NCBI GenBank assembly: GCA_963675935.2
Contig: CAXXPV010000007.1
Coordinates: 133,038 to 197,037, forward strand
Direction: 5' to 3'
Source: Thermoguttaceae bacterium
GTDB taxonomy: Bacteria > Planctomycetota > Planctomycetia > Pirellulales > Thermoguttaceae
Length of the DNA: 64,000 nt
Shown here one piece after another: positions 19,178 to 29,530 of this stretch. Numbering within the stretch: the stretch's first letter is position 1; each line of letters begins with the position of its first letter. The translations under genes and the position numbers were made by a program. Under the pieces are notes generated by a model that saw only the letters and a program-made list of their open reading frames with translations, had not been told where the DNA came from and did no database searches.

Positions 19178-20212
19178 ATGAATCCGCTTATAAGCATAGT
19201 GATACCCTGCTATAATAGCGCAGATTGCGTCAGCCACGCCATTGATAGTGCTTTGGTGCAAACGTATCCGAACGTCGAGGTGGTGGTCATCGACGATGGC
19301 TCGACCGACGGCAGCTTGGAGGTCATTCGGTCGTTCGGCGACAAGATACGCTGGGAAACGGGCCCGAATCGCGGAGGATGCGCTGCCCGAAACCGCGGCG
19401 TTGAACTGGCCACCGGTGAACTAATCCAGTTCCTCGACGCCGACGATGTGCTATTCCCTGATAAACTCGCTCTGCAAGTTAAGGTTGCGTTGGAGCATCG
19501 CTCCCATACCGTGTACTGCGATTATGAAAGGCGGCTGTTGGACGGTCAAAAACAGGCCGCCGTCTATCACCACTTCACGGAGGATCCGGTGATTCTTATG
19601 CTGCGCACCCTCGTTCTTACGTCATGCCCGCTCCATTGGAAGTCGTCTCTTGCGGGGGTGGGCGGCTTTCGCGTCGGCCTGCGAGCATCCCAAGAATGGG
19701 ACTTGCATTTGCGGCTGGCCTGCAACGGGGTGCAGTTTTATCACATGCCAGGCATCCTGTACGCGCAATGCGAGCGCCACGAAAGCGTGTCAGCGAGCGG
19801 GTTGCGATGTGTCGAAACACGAATCGAGACTACCTGCGATGCCTTTCGTCGGTTGAAAACGCAGGGTGATCTGACGGAATCGCGTGCCAGAACATTCGCC
19901 GTGCGCATGGCGCGAGACGGTCAATTGTTGCTCGTTCACGGGGGTGAAAAAATGGCGGCGGCGAAATGCTTTGAAACGGCGCGAGAGATGCACCCCAGCG
20001 GCGGCATTACGTCGGATTTCGGGTCTTGGACAGATCGAGCGGTTTATCGACTTCTGGGTCCTAGCGCCGTGGTTTGGCGGCATACATGGCGACGACGCAT
20101 GATTGACCGACTCTTGGGCAAACAAGCAAAAAACTGGCTTCGCGAAAAACGCAATCAACTCCGACAATATTTCCCGCCTCCCGCCTTGCCCCCAACGGAC
20201 CGACGAATCTGA
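19178..20212 (+). CDS. family 2 glycosyltransferase
   Basis: ISIVIPCYNSADCVSHAIDSALVQTYPNVEVVVIDDGSTDGS and FLDADD (DxD). Confidence 0.85.
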   Translation: MNPLISIVIPCYNSADCVSHAIDSALVQTYPNVEVVVIDDGSTDGSLEVIRSFGDKIRWETGPNRGGCAARNRGVELATGELIQFLDADDVLFPDKLALQVKVALEHRSHTVYCDYERRLLDGQKQAAVYHHFTEDPVILMLRTLVLTSCPLHWKSSLAGVGGFRVGLRASQEWDLHLRLACNGVQFYHMPGILYAQCERHESVSASGLRCVETRIETTCDAFRRLKTQGDLTESRARTFAVRMARDGQLLLVHGGEKMAAAKCFETAREMHPSGGITSDFGSWTDRAVYRLLGPSAVVWRHTWRRRMIDRLLGKQAKNWLREKRNQLRQYFPPPALPPTDRRI

Positions 20213-20213
20213 C

Positions 20214-21185
20214 ATGATGGTTTCCGTTGTCATTCCGCTGTACAACAAGGCTTCGTGCATCGAACGCGCCTTGCGATCCGTGTTGGCGCAAACTTACGCC
20301 GATTTCGAGTTGATCGTCGTGGACGATGGCTCGAGCGACGGCGGTGGCGAGGTCGTGCGCCGCGTCGGCGATCCGCGCATCCGGCTGGTCGTGCAGGAAA
20401 ACGCGGGCGTCAGCGCCGCGCGGAATCGAGGCGTCGCCGAGGCGAGAACGGAACTGGTTGCGCTGCTCGACGCCGACGACGAGTGGGCGCCGACCTTCCT
20501 GGAGAATGCCTTGGAGGCGATGGGACGTTTTCCCGAGGCGGTCGCGGTGTTCGGCAACTATGTCCGCACGGATACGATGGCCGCGGGCATGGCGTTGGAC
20601 GAAGCCGGCCCTCCCATGCTCGTTGACGACTTATATCGGTTTCATTTGAACCACGACACGGTGATGTGTGCATCTTGCGTTCTTGTCCGGAGAACGGCGA
20701 TGTTGCAGGCGAGTGGATTTCCCGTCGGCCGCAAAGTGGGCGAAGACCTCGACTCGTGGTTTCGACTGGCATGTGTCGGGAAAGCCGTCGTCCTTCCGGA
20801 AATACTCGCGACATATCACACCGGAGTCGGAATCTGCACAACGGCAGTCGGAAATATGGACGTGTGGGACACCTATCAATCGTGGTTGCAGGCGGGAAGA
20901 ATTCCAGAATCTCTGCGATCGTCGGCTCGGGCGTTGGCAGTCCGTTGGCGTCTGAACACCGTGCTGTTCCTGCTGCGAAAAGGCAGGCGTTCCGAGGCGA
21001 AGAGTTTATTGGGTGTTTTACGGTGGAGTGAACTGTGGACGCCGATGGGGTTTACGAGCATGCTCGCATGTCGGGTTCCGCTGATGCCGCACGCGCTGCG
21101 GTGGGGAATCGTTCGCTTTGCCCAAAAATACATTGCTTGCCCCCCTCGTCAAAGGGAATCCTCGGCGGCTCGCCGGCCACGATAA
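20214..21185 (+). CDS. family 2 glycosyltransferase
   Basis: VSVVIPLYNKASCIERALRSVLAQTYADFELIVVDDGSSDGG and LLDADD. The ATG at 20214 lies directly after the upstream stop at 20212. Confidence 0.85.
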   Translation: MMVSVVIPLYNKASCIERALRSVLAQTYADFELIVVDDGSSDGGGEVVRRVGDPRIRLVVQENAGVSAARNRGVAEARTELVALLDADDEWAPTFLENALEAMGRFPEAVAVFGNYVRTDTMAAGMALDEAGPPMLVDDLYRFHLNHDTVMCASCVLVRRTAMLQASGFPVGRKVGEDLDSWFRLACVGKAVVLPEILATYHTGVGICTTAVGNMDVWDTYQSWLQAGRIPESLRSSARALAVRWRLNTVLFLLRKGRRSEAKSLLGVLRWSELWTPMGFTSMLACRVPLMPHALRWGIVRFAQKYIACPPRQRESSAARRPR

Positions 21186-21203
21186 CTGAAAAGCGGCGTA
21201 ACC

Positions 21204-22577
21204 ATGAAAAACGCATCTCCCGCAGCACAACGCGACGGTCTAGTAACATATGTCGGAATCCTGCTTCTTTGCGTCCTCTTTTTGCGAGGCCTGATCCTAA
21301 TGTTCTTCGGCGAACATTGGCAGGTTATTAATGCGACACAGTTCGTGGTGGCGTTCGCGTTGACCGTGTATTGTCTGATGCGACATTCCCGCGACGTTTC
21401 GGCCTTGGCCGGCCGTTGGCTGTTGTGGCTGTTCGCGTATTCGATGGTGATCATCTTCACGTCCTTCAGTTTTGGCGAAGAATCGTTTTTTTGGACTCGC
21501 CATGTATTCTATTTCTCGATTTCCGCGACGTATTTCATGTTTTTTCGCCTTGCCGCCAGATTTCAGGCGACTTTTACCATACTGAAACGCATCCTCATCG
21601 CGTTTGCCTTGATCAATGCCACGATTGGCGTGTGGGGAGTCGCTACGGGCTCGCGCTTGCTGGTTCCCAATGACTCCCTTGCGATGCAAACGACTCTGGT
21701 TGGCACGTTCGGCTATGAGGAAGGCTCAGGACGTTCGGGAGGCTTCACTGGCGAGAACTACGCAGGTGTATGGCAAACGCCCGCGATTGCATGGGCCGGG
21801 CTCCAGATATTTTCGACATCCTTGAGTCTTCTGCCCGCGTCCGTCGCCCTCGCCTCGGGTCTTGCGATCGCGGTGAGTATGTCGCGCACATCGGTTGTCT
21901 GCGGCCTCGCTTCGTTGCTCATAACGATGCTCGTCTCCGTATACCGGAAGGCGCTGGGGTGGCGCACACTCGTGTCCCTAGTCGTTCTGGGGATTGTCGT
22001 TTTAGCCGGCTATCATATATTGGCGTACTTCATGGAAAGCTTCTCGTCCAAGGCGATAGAAATACAAAGGGAACGGTTCTCCCTCGACAGCACGGACATC
22101 AGCAGCGGCCGATTTGACATTTGGCGAGATGCTATAGGAGTCTGCCGGGAGTATCCGTTCTTTGGACGTGGAGTAACCGCCGCCAAAGAGTTAGTGGGCG
22201 CCGTGCCGCACAATGCATTCCTCGACATCCTGGTAAGCACCGGGCTCGTTGGTTTCCTTATTTTCTACGCCCCGCTGGCGTTTCTCGCGTGGCGAATATG
22301 GCATTATAGACGCAGCCTCATGCGTGACGCGAATATCGCTTACATGATTTGCGTTGCGGCGGGGGCGTTCCCCGCGATGATGACGTTGACCTGTGCCTAT
22401 GAGCAACCGATTATGTGGGTTATCTGGGGCCTCCTGGCCGGCTCCGTTGATGTTGCGATGGATAATCGTCGCGCGGCCTTGCGATCGGCATCCGCTCTGC
22501 CACGAAGATCGCCTCCGACGACATTGCAGAGACCGGACTCCACATTGCCCCGACAACAACGAATCCCCGAAAATTGA
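21204..22577 (+). CDS. O-antigen ligase/polymerase (Wzy-like) family membrane protein
   Basis: About 10-12 TM segments. A periplasmic loop ...SRTSVVCG...GRFDIWRDAI...FFGRGV...HNAFLDILVSTGLVGF is typical of the O-antigen ligase (Wzy_C) family. Confidence 0.65.
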   Translation: MKNASPAAQRDGLVTYVGILLLCVLFLRGLILMFFGEHWQVINATQFVVAFALTVYCLMRHSRDVSALAGRWLLWLFAYSMVIIFTSFSFGEESFFWTRHVFYFSISATYFMFFRLAARFQATFTILKRILIAFALINATIGVWGVATGSRLLVPNDSLAMQTTLVGTFGYEEGSGRSGGFTGENYAGVWQTPAIAWAGLQIFSTSLSLLPASVALASGLAIAVSMSRTSVVCGLASLLITMLVSVYRKALGWRTLVSLVVLGIVVLAGYHILAYFMESFSSKAIEIQRERFSLDSTDISSGRFDIWRDAIGVCREYPFFGRGVTAAKELVGAVPHNAFLDILVSTGLVGFLIFYAPLAFLAWRIWHYRRSLMRDANIAYMICVAAGAFPAMMTLTCAYEQPIMWVIWGLLAGSVDVAMDNRRAALRSASALPRRSPPTTLQRPDSTLPRQQRIPEN

Positions 22578-22617
22578 TCGACTGCCGGTCATTGACGACG
22601 CCATCGAGGACGATTCC

Positions 22618-23787
22618 ATGAATCGCATTTTGCATGTTGTCTACCAGATGGACCGCGGCGGGATCGAGACATGGCTCATGCACGTGCTGCGCAACATCGA
22701 CCGCGGCCGGTTTCAGTTCGATTTTCTGGTTCACACGAAAAATAAATGCGCCTACGATGACGAAATCGACGAACTTGGCGGCCGGCTGTTTCACGCTCCG
22801 CATCCTTCCAAGATATGGAGTTATGGAGGTTTCGTGCGGGGTGTGTTGAGAAACAGCGGTCCTTTCGCGGCCGTGCATTGTCACTCACATGCTTTCGATG
22901 GCCACGTGTTGCGTTCGGCCGCCGTCGAACACGTCCCGCTTCGCATTGTCCATTCGCACAACACCAATTTTTATCCGGGACCCGATTTGCTCCACAAAGT
23001 CTACGATCGCATCAATCGGCACTGGACCGCGAAGTACGTTACGACGGGCTTGGCATGTTCGGAAGAAGCGGCAGCCGCGGAATTTGGAGCCGATTGGAAA
23101 AAAGATTCCCGCTGGAGCGTTTTGCCTTGCAGCCTCGACTTCAGCCCCTACAAGGAGCGATTCGATCGGCAAGAAGTTCGCCGTGAATTGGGCATTCCGG
23201 AGCGTGCCCGTGTTGTTGGACATGTAGGAAGGTTTTTCGAGCAAAAGAACCATGTGTTTTTGCTAACGGTATTTCAGACGCTGTGCGAATACGATCCATT
23301 GGCGCATTTGCTCCTCATCGGCGACGGGCCTCTGAGACCATCCCTTGAGCAACAGGCCGCCAACGCGGGAATACGAGATCGAGTAACCTTTGCGGGCGTT
23401 CGGAGCGACGTACCGCGGCTTCTGCTGGCAGCCACCGACGTATTTCTGTTTCCATCGTTGTTCGAGGGGCTGCCGTTGACGCTTTTGGAGGCACAGGCGG
23501 CCGGACTGCCTTGCGTTTGTTCGGACGTAATTACTACGGAAGCTGATCTGGTTCCGCCGCTGATCCATCGGGTGTCGCTGTCCGAAATCCCCGCGGCCTG
23601 GGCGCAAATCACACAAGAACTCCTGGACGCCAGTCCGACAATCAGTCAAGCCGACGCGCTGACGCCCATCCTGGCAAGTAGGTTCAATCTGTGCAATACA
23701 ATTCACCGAATCGAGGATTTGTACTCCTCGATTCAGCCGATCGCCAACAATTCAAACGCGGTCATCCATGGAAATCCACGCCCATGA
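22618..23787 (+). CDS. family 4 (GT-B) glycosyltransferase
   Basis: ILHVVYQMDRGGIETW, GRFFEQKNH and LFPSLFEGLPLTLLEAQAAGLPCV (EX7E). ATG at 22618. Confidence 0.8.
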   Translation: MNRILHVVYQMDRGGIETWLMHVLRNIDRGRFQFDFLVHTKNKCAYDDEIDELGGRLFHAPHPSKIWSYGGFVRGVLRNSGPFAAVHCHSHAFDGHVLRSAAVEHVPLRIVHSHNTNFYPGPDLLHKVYDRINRHWTAKYVTTGLACSEEAAAAEFGADWKKDSRWSVLPCSLDFSPYKERFDRQEVRRELGIPERARVVGHVGRFFEQKNHVFLLTVFQTLCEYDPLAHLLLIGDGPLRPSLEQQAANAGIRDRVTFAGVRSDVPRLLLAATDVFLFPSLFEGLPLTLLEAQAAGLPCVCSDVITTEADLVPPLIHRVSLSEIPAAWAQITQELLDASPTISQADALTPILASRFNLCNTIHRIEDLYSSIQPIANNSNAVIHGNPRP

Positions 23788-24944
23788 AAATTCTCTACCA
23801 AGAATTAGCGAAAAAGAGCGGCGGGCAGGCAAGCTATTGGATGCTGCTTCGGACGCTCGCCAATGAATACCCCGACGACCAATTCATCATTATCACTTCC
23901 AAAGACTCGTTCTATTGGCAGCTTGAGGCATTGCACAATGTCCAAATGATTCCCTTCCACGACGGCGTTTTGAAAGAATTCCAGCGATTTTGGCTGGAAA
24001 CCTTCAGTATACGCCGCATCGCTAAACAATGCGGCGCCCATGTGATATGGACGACCAACATCGGCCCCTACGTGCGCACGGGAGTTCCCCAGGCGCTCAT
24101 GGTACTAAATCCGTATCAGGTTTGTCCCTGGTCGCTCGCTCGCACCCATCCCCGCTCGCGATTGATTGCGGCCGTTCTGCGCTGGTTCTTCCGGCGATCC
24201 CTTCGTTGCTGTGATGCGGTTCAGGTGGAAATGGCGATTCTTGGAGAAGCCGTCCGTCGAATTCCCGGCGCTCCGCCAAGGATCGAGGTGATCCCCAAAG
24301 CGGTCGAATCGTCGGATGATTTCGAGCCGCAACCATTATCCGCCGAAATGCAGAAGTGGTTTGACGGCGGTTTAGGGCATTCGGCGTTCACGTTTCTCTT
24401 CGTGGCCACTTATTCCCCCCACAAGAATCACGCTGCCGTGGTGGCGGCCATGGAACAATTGCGATCACGCGGCGTCATGGCCCGATTGGCGCTTAGCGTC
24501 ACCCAAGAGCAACTATCTCGTTCCTGCAATCCAGAGCTTGTGGCGAGCCTGATCGAAAGCGGTCGTATTTTGCCGCTCGGCTGGCTCGACAAAGTGCATC
24601 TTCGCGCGGTTTACGACGCGTGCGACGCCTGCGTCATGCCCAGCAAGTCGGAGCAGCTTAGTTCGGCGCATCTCGAAGCCATGCACTGGAAAAAACCGCA
24701 AATCTCCGCCGATCTGCCCTATGCGCACGACCTTTGCGGCGATGCCACGCTATACGCCGATCCCGACGATCCCAATGAATGGGCCGACAAAATGCAGTCG
24801 CTCATGCGGGACTCCGAACTGCAAGAACGCCTCGTCGCTGCCGGACTCGACTGCATGAAGACCTTTCCTCAAAGCTGGAAGGAAGTTGCCCACCGAGTGC
24901 GCGCGTTTCTCGCCGAAGTCGCCGGCGAGAGGCAAACCTCGTAA
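23784..24944 (+). CDS. GT-B fold glycosyltransferase (GT4-like)
   Basis: MKILYQ..., FLFVATYSPHKNH and VMPSKSEQLSSAHLEAMHWKKP. ATGA start/stop overlap with the upstream gene. Confidence 0.7.
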   Translation: MKILYQELAKKSGGQASYWMLLRTLANEYPDDQFIIITSKDSFYWQLEALHNVQMIPFHDGVLKEFQRFWLETFSIRRIAKQCGAHVIWTTNIGPYVRTGVPQALMVLNPYQVCPWSLARTHPRSRLIAAVLRWFFRRSLRCCDAVQVEMAILGEAVRRIPGAPPRIEVIPKAVESSDDFEPQPLSAEMQKWFDGGLGHSAFTFLFVATYSPHKNHAAVVAAMEQLRSRGVMARLALSVTQEQLSRSCNPELVASLIESGRILPLGWLDKVHLRAVYDACDACVMPSKSEQLSSAHLEAMHWKKPQISADLPYAHDLCGDATLYADPDDPNEWADKMQSLMRDSELQERLVAAGLDCMKTFPQSWKEVAHRVRAFLAEVAGERQTS

Positions 24945-24975
24945 TTGGAACATCGCTTCGATAGCTGAACTGTTT

Positions 24976-25965
24976 ATGTCGATAAAAACACCGGTCTGGA
25001 AAGACACGCTCTTGCTCGCCGCCGAGCTAGCGGCTCGGAACGTCTATTGGCGAATGCCGCGTCTGCGGGCTTGGGTAAAACGGCGGCAGGCGCGCCGGCG
25101 GGGCGCGCCCCAAGTCGCCGACCACGCGGAGTTCATGGACTATCTCCGCTCCATCGGCGTTGTCAAAGACGCGCTGGTCATGGCCCATTCCTCGACCACT
25201 GGGTTGAGGTTCTCCGATGGTTCGCAACCGGCTTCAGACGTCGTGAACGGAATGAAGACCGCCAAACAACTGCTCGACGACTTGATGGAATTGGTCGGAG
25301 AGACGGGCACTCTGGTCATGCCCACCCATGTCGCTTATCAAACGCGGAAAACCGAAAAAGACGGCGAACCGGAGGAGCCGCTCCGATACGATCCCGCGGC
25401 GAGTTCCTGCAATGTCGGGCTGGCCAATGAGTTGTTTTGGCGGTTGCGAGGCACCCAGCGCAGTTTACACCCGTACAACACGTTGGCGGCAAGGGGGCCG
25501 TTGGCCTCGGAATTGCTTCATGACAATCTCAACGAATCGAAACCGTTGCCGCACGGCATCCACTCCGGTTACTATCGTATATGTCAGCGAAACGGCCTTG
25601 TCGTCAGCATTGGCATTCCCTTGAGGCGGTGCATGACGATCATGCATACCGCCGAAGATGTCCGCGATTCAGATTGGCCAACCCCCGGTTTCTTCGAGGA
25701 AAAAAGGTACATCGTGCGTACGGAAGGACAAGAGCGGGAGTGGATTGTGCGTCAGCGGCGGGCAGAGTATAGCAAGTTCTGTTTGTGCATTCGCAAGTTC
25801 ATGCGTGATCTCATGCGAGAAGGCATTCTCCACGAAGGGGCGGTAGGCGGCGTTCGGGTCGATTGGGCGCATTCCCGCGAGATATTGGATTTTCTATTGG
25901 CTCGCAACGCAAATACTCCGTATCCATACTATTTAACTTGGCTTGTCCGGGGGAACAAACCATGA
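24976..25965 (+). CDS. AAC(3)-family-like N-acetyltransferase fold protein
   Basis: ALVMAHSSTTGL, GTLVMPTH, ANELFWRLRGTQRSLHPYNTLAARG and IGIPLRRCMTIMHTAED resemble the aminoglycoside 3-N-acetyltransferase family pattern. Confidence 0.5.
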   Translation: MSIKTPVWKDTLLLAAELAARNVYWRMPRLRAWVKRRQARRRGAPQVADHAEFMDYLRSIGVVKDALVMAHSSTTGLRFSDGSQPASDVVNGMKTAKQLLDDLMELVGETGTLVMPTHVAYQTRKTEKDGEPEEPLRYDPAASSCNVGLANELFWRLRGTQRSLHPYNTLAARGPLASELLHDNLNESKPLPHGIHSGYYRICQRNGLVVSIGIPLRRCMTIMHTAEDVRDSDWPTPGFFEEKRYIVRTEGQEREWIVRQRRAEYSKFCLCIRKFMRDLMREGILHEGAVGGVRVDWAHSREILDFLLARNANTPYPYYLTWLVRGNKP

Positions 25966-26996
25966 ATCACAAAGATGATATTCGCGTTGCCATACTTTGC
26001 CGCGGACGTGCGCTCTATATCGGGCAACAAGGCGAATTGTATGTTTCCCATCGCTATGCCATCTATCGATCCGACGATTGCGGAAAATCATGGCAACTCG
26101 ATTGTCAAGTGCCTGCATCGGGTTGGAAACCATTGGCGGCCCGGTTTCGACTTGGCGCTCGGCTGTTGCGATACTATATCGCCGCCTTCCAAGTTCTATC
26201 GGACGGGTCGCGGGTGGCCGTGGCACGCGACGGCATCTATCGCGCCGCGCCCGGCGAGACGCGAATGACTTGTTCGTTTCGCTACACGCGTGGTTCCCGT
26301 CCCCTGAATCTTATGGTCGACGGCCAGCGAGTCTTGTTCGGCGAATACGGCAATCTCGACCAATGTGAAGTGCGAATCTACATTTCCGAGGACGGCGGCC
26401 GGACTTTCAACGTCGGTTATCAATTACCGCGAGGCGACGTTCGGCACATTCACAATGTTTTTTACGACCCCCATCGCGATCATTACTGGGTGCTAGCCGG
26501 CGATTACGGCCCTCAAACGGGAATCGCCGCCTTGTCGAAAGACATGAAAAACCTCGATTGGGTCTGCCGCGGCACTCGCCATTGCCGAGCTGTCAGCGTC
26601 GTCAATTTTCCGGATCGCTTTGTCTACGGAACCGATTCCGATCACGAATGCAATTATATCGTCGCCATGGAGAAACAGAGCGGGCGGGTGGAGGATATCC
26701 TAGAAGTGCAGGGCAGTTCCTTGTACGCCGCGTCTTTTGGACCCGTTCACGTCATTTCGACGTGCGTCGAGCCGAATCCAGCTTGTCCGTCGCGAGAGTG
26801 TTCCCTCTACGCGAGCCGCGACGGCGATTGCTGGAATCGCTTCGCCGTCCACCGAAAGGACCGGCATCATCCAACCTACTTTCAATTCGGAACGCTCGTT
26901 CTGCCTTACACATATAACTCACAACCGCGAGGGATGTTCAGCGGGCAAGCCGTGGAAGATCTGGACGACAAGGTGTCGTTCGTGGAATTTGAGTGA
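25962..26996 (+). CDS. BNR/Asp-box beta-propeller protein (sialidase-like fold)
   Basis: Asp-box motifs SDDCGKSW and SEDGGRTF, plus a partial SRDGDCW. No signal peptide is evident. ATGA overlap with the upstream gene. Confidence 0.5.
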   Translation: MNHKDDIRVAILCRGRALYIGQQGELYVSHRYAIYRSDDCGKSWQLDCQVPASGWKPLAARFRLGARLLRYYIAAFQVLSDGSRVAVARDGIYRAAPGETRMTCSFRYTRGSRPLNLMVDGQRVLFGEYGNLDQCEVRIYISEDGGRTFNVGYQLPRGDVRHIHNVFYDPHRDHYWVLAGDYGPQTGIAALSKDMKNLDWVCRGTRHCRAVSVVNFPDRFVYGTDSDHECNYIVAMEKQSGRVEDILEVQGSSLYAASFGPVHVISTCVEPNPACPSRECSLYASRDGDCWNRFAVHRKDRHHPTYFQFGTLVLPYTYNSQPRGMFSGQAVEDLDDKVSFVEFE

Positions 26997-27126
26997 TCCT
27001 TATTGTCGGCGCATGCTTTTCCCAACCCTTATACTTTGCGCGGCTTGAACTGGCACTTTTTCTTCCCTCGGGATAAATGTGCCATCCGTACCTGTGCAAG
27101 GTATAACAACACTCGGACGCTTTCCC

Positions 27127-28146
27127 ATGTTTGACAGTCGAGTTCTTCTGGTGACCGGCGGCACCGGTTCGTTCGGCAACGCCGTCATTCGACGTTTCCT
27201 CAAGACGCAAATCCGCGAGATTCGCGTCTTCAGCCGCGATGAAAAGAAACAAGACGACATGCGCCGGGAGTACGGCTCTCGAACGCTTTCGTTCTACATC
27301 GGCGACGTGCGAAATCCCGACAGCCTCCGCGACGCAATGGCCGACGTGGATTATGTCTTCCACGCCGCGGCGTTGAAACAGGTGCCCTCGTGTGAGTTCT
27401 ATCCGCTCGAAGCCCTGCGCACGAATTCGCTCGGCACCGAAAACGTCATGAGCGCAGCCGTGGCGAACCGCGTGAAGCGGGTCGTCATCCTCAGCACCGA
27501 CAAGGCGGTCTACCCCATCAACGCGATGGGCGTCTCGAAGGCGATGGCCGAGCGGCTGATGGTGGCCAAGTCGCGGGTGGCCTGGAGTTCCGGCACGACC
27601 CTCTGCGGCACGCGCTACGGCAACGTGATGGCCTCGCGCGGTTCGGTCATTCCCCTGTTCATCAAGCAGATCAAGGAAGGCGCGCCGCTGACGATCACCG
27701 ATCCGGCCATGACGCGGTTCATGATGTCGCTCGACGACGCCGTGGACTTGGTGCTTTACGCCTTCCGCCACGCGGTGCCGGGCGACGTTTTCGTCCAAAA
27801 GGCGCCGGCCGCGACGATCGAAACGCTTGCCCTGGCCGTGAAGAAGATTTTCAAGGCCGAGAACCCCGTGCGCGTCATCGGCACCCGGCACGGTGAAAAA
27901 CTCTACGAAACCCTGCTGACCCGCGAGGAAATGCAAAAGGCCGAGGACTGCGGCGGCTACTATCGCATTCCGGCCGACACGCGCGACCTCAACTATGAGG
28001 CGTTTTTCTCCGAGGGCACTCCCGCCATCGCCGAACGCGAGGACTATCACTCGCACAACACGCGCCGGCTCAACGTCGATGAAATGGCGGAAATGCTGTT
28101 GGGTCTGAAATACGTCCAAGAAGAATTGGAGGGATGGCGCTCATGA
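27127..28146 (+). CDS. fnlA: UDP-N-acetylglucosamine 4,6-dehydratase/5-epimerase (FnlA/CapE type)
   Basis: LLVTGGTGSFGNAVIRRFL, IRVFSRDEKKQDDMR, FYIGDVRN, YVFHAAALKQVPSCEFYPLEA, and TRYGNVMASRGSVIP. Confidence 0.85.
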   Translation: MFDSRVLLVTGGTGSFGNAVIRRFLKTQIREIRVFSRDEKKQDDMRREYGSRTLSFYIGDVRNPDSLRDAMADVDYVFHAAALKQVPSCEFYPLEALRTNSLGTENVMSAAVANRVKRVVILSTDKAVYPINAMGVSKAMAERLMVAKSRVAWSSGTTLCGTRYGNVMASRGSVIPLFIKQIKEGAPLTITDPAMTRFMMSLDDAVDLVLYAFRHAVPGDVFVQKAPAATIETLALAVKKIFKAENPVRVIGTRHGEKLYETLLTREEMQKAEDCGGYYRIPADTRDLNYEAFFSEGTPAIAEREDYHSHNTRRLNVDEMAEMLLGLKYVQEELEGWRS

Positions 28147-29270
28147 GAATTCTCGTTACCGGTGCCCGCGGATTCGTCGGCCGCAACCTCGTCCAAGCGT
28201 TGCGGCTGCGGGCCGACGTCGAGCTTTTCGAGTACGATCTCGGTTTCCCCGAGCAGCCGTTTTGCGACGCGCTGACACGGGCCGACGTGGTCTTTCATCT
28301 GGCGGGCGTGAATCGGCCGCCGACGCCCGAGCAGTACGAAGCGGGAAACGCCGGTTTCACCGAGGAAATATGCAACCGGCTCGCCGCGGCCGGCCGCGCG
28401 CCGGCGATCGTGCTGGCCTCGTCGATCCAAGCAGAGTTGGACAATCCCTACGGCCGGAGCAAACTTCACGCCGAGGAATGCCTGCGAAGGTTCTCCGAAA
28501 CCTCGGGCGCTCGGGTGACGATCTTCCGGTGGACCAATTTGTTCGGCAAGTGGTGTCGGCCGAACTACAACTCGGTCACGGCCACGTTCTGTCACAACGT
28601 CGCACATGGATTGCCGCTCCAGATTTCCGATCCCAGCCGCGAGCTTGAACTGGCCTACATCGACGACGTGGTGGCCGCCCTGCTTGGCGCGATTGAGATT
28701 GACGACGATAAAGACCACGAGCGGGTCGCGTTGGCCCAGGTGCATCCGACCTACCGGGTGACGCTTGGAGCATTGGCCGCCGCGGTTCAGTCGTTCCGCG
28801 ATTCCCGGATGAATCTCTTGCTGCCCGACATGAGCGACCGGTTCACCCGCTGCCTCTACGCGACGTATCTTTCGTACCTGCCGGAGAATGAATTCGCGTA
28901 TCCGCTGGACATCAAGAGCGACAACCGCGGCGAGTTGGCCGAGTTTCTGAAATCGCCGGCGTTCGGACAGATATTCGTTTCGCGAACGAAGCCGGGCATC
29001 ACCCGCGGCAACCATTTCCATCATACGAAAGTCGAAAAGTTTTTCGTCGTCGAAGGCGAGGGCATCATCCGATTCCGGCACATCGAGTCGGACGAAATCA
29101 TCGAATATCCGGTGTCCGGCAAGGAATTCCGCGTGGTCGATATTCCGCCGGGCTACACCCACTCGATCGAGAACGTAGGCGCCGGTGAGATGGTCGTGCT
29201 ATTTTGGGCCGACGAGGTCTTCGATCCGACACATCCCGAGACGTATTTCGCAAAGGTGCTGCAAGAGTGA
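28134..29270 (+). CDS. fnlB: FnlB/CapF-type reductase (SDR N-domain plus C-terminal cupin)
   Basis: ILVTGARGFVGRNL, HLAGVNRP, SSIQAELDNPYGRSK and PNYNSVTATFCHN. Cupin end TKPGITRGNHFHHTKVEKFFVVEG...PPGYTHSIENVG...WADEVFDP. The start could be 28143. Confidence 0.8.
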   Translation: MALMRILVTGARGFVGRNLVQALRLRADVELFEYDLGFPEQPFCDALTRADVVFHLAGVNRPPTPEQYEAGNAGFTEEICNRLAAAGRAPAIVLASSIQAELDNPYGRSKLHAEECLRRFSETSGARVTIFRWTNLFGKWCRPNYNSVTATFCHNVAHGLPLQISDPSRELELAYIDDVVAALLGAIEIDDDKDHERVALAQVHPTYRVTLGALAAAVQSFRDSRMNLLLPDMSDRFTRCLYATYLSYLPENEFAYPLDIKSDNRGELAEFLKSPAFGQIFVSRTKPGITRGNHFHHTKVEKFFVVEGEGIIRFRHIESDEIIEYPVSGKEFRVVDIPPGYTHSIENVGAGEMVVLFWADEVFDPTHPETYFAKVLQE

Positions 29271-29321
29271 CGATTAACAAACTGAAGACAGACCACGAAA
29301 TACACGACTTTTAACGGATTA

Positions 29322-29512
29322 CAGAAGACAGACCACGAAATACACGAAATACACGAAAAAGGAAGAATTGATATTAGAGGTTGGTTAGAGCGTCGAGCAA
29401 TAGATGACGGTCTTAAAAACATTATTGTCCTTTGTCTTCCTTTCGTGTATTTCGTGTATTTCGTGGTTAAATAGTTTTTTCCTTTGTTTTCTTTTTGCAT
29501 TTCGTGGTTGAA
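29322..29512. repeat. about 190-bp hairpin-forming repeat, copy 1 (CACGAAATACACGAAA family)
   Basis: accacgaaatacacgaaatacacgaaaaaggaaga ... tcttcctttcgtgtatttcgtgtatttcgtggt, then ttttgcatttcgtggttgaa. An extra partial copy lies at 29284-29307. Confidence 0.8.
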
Positions 29513-29530
29513 TAATGAAATGGAGAAAGC

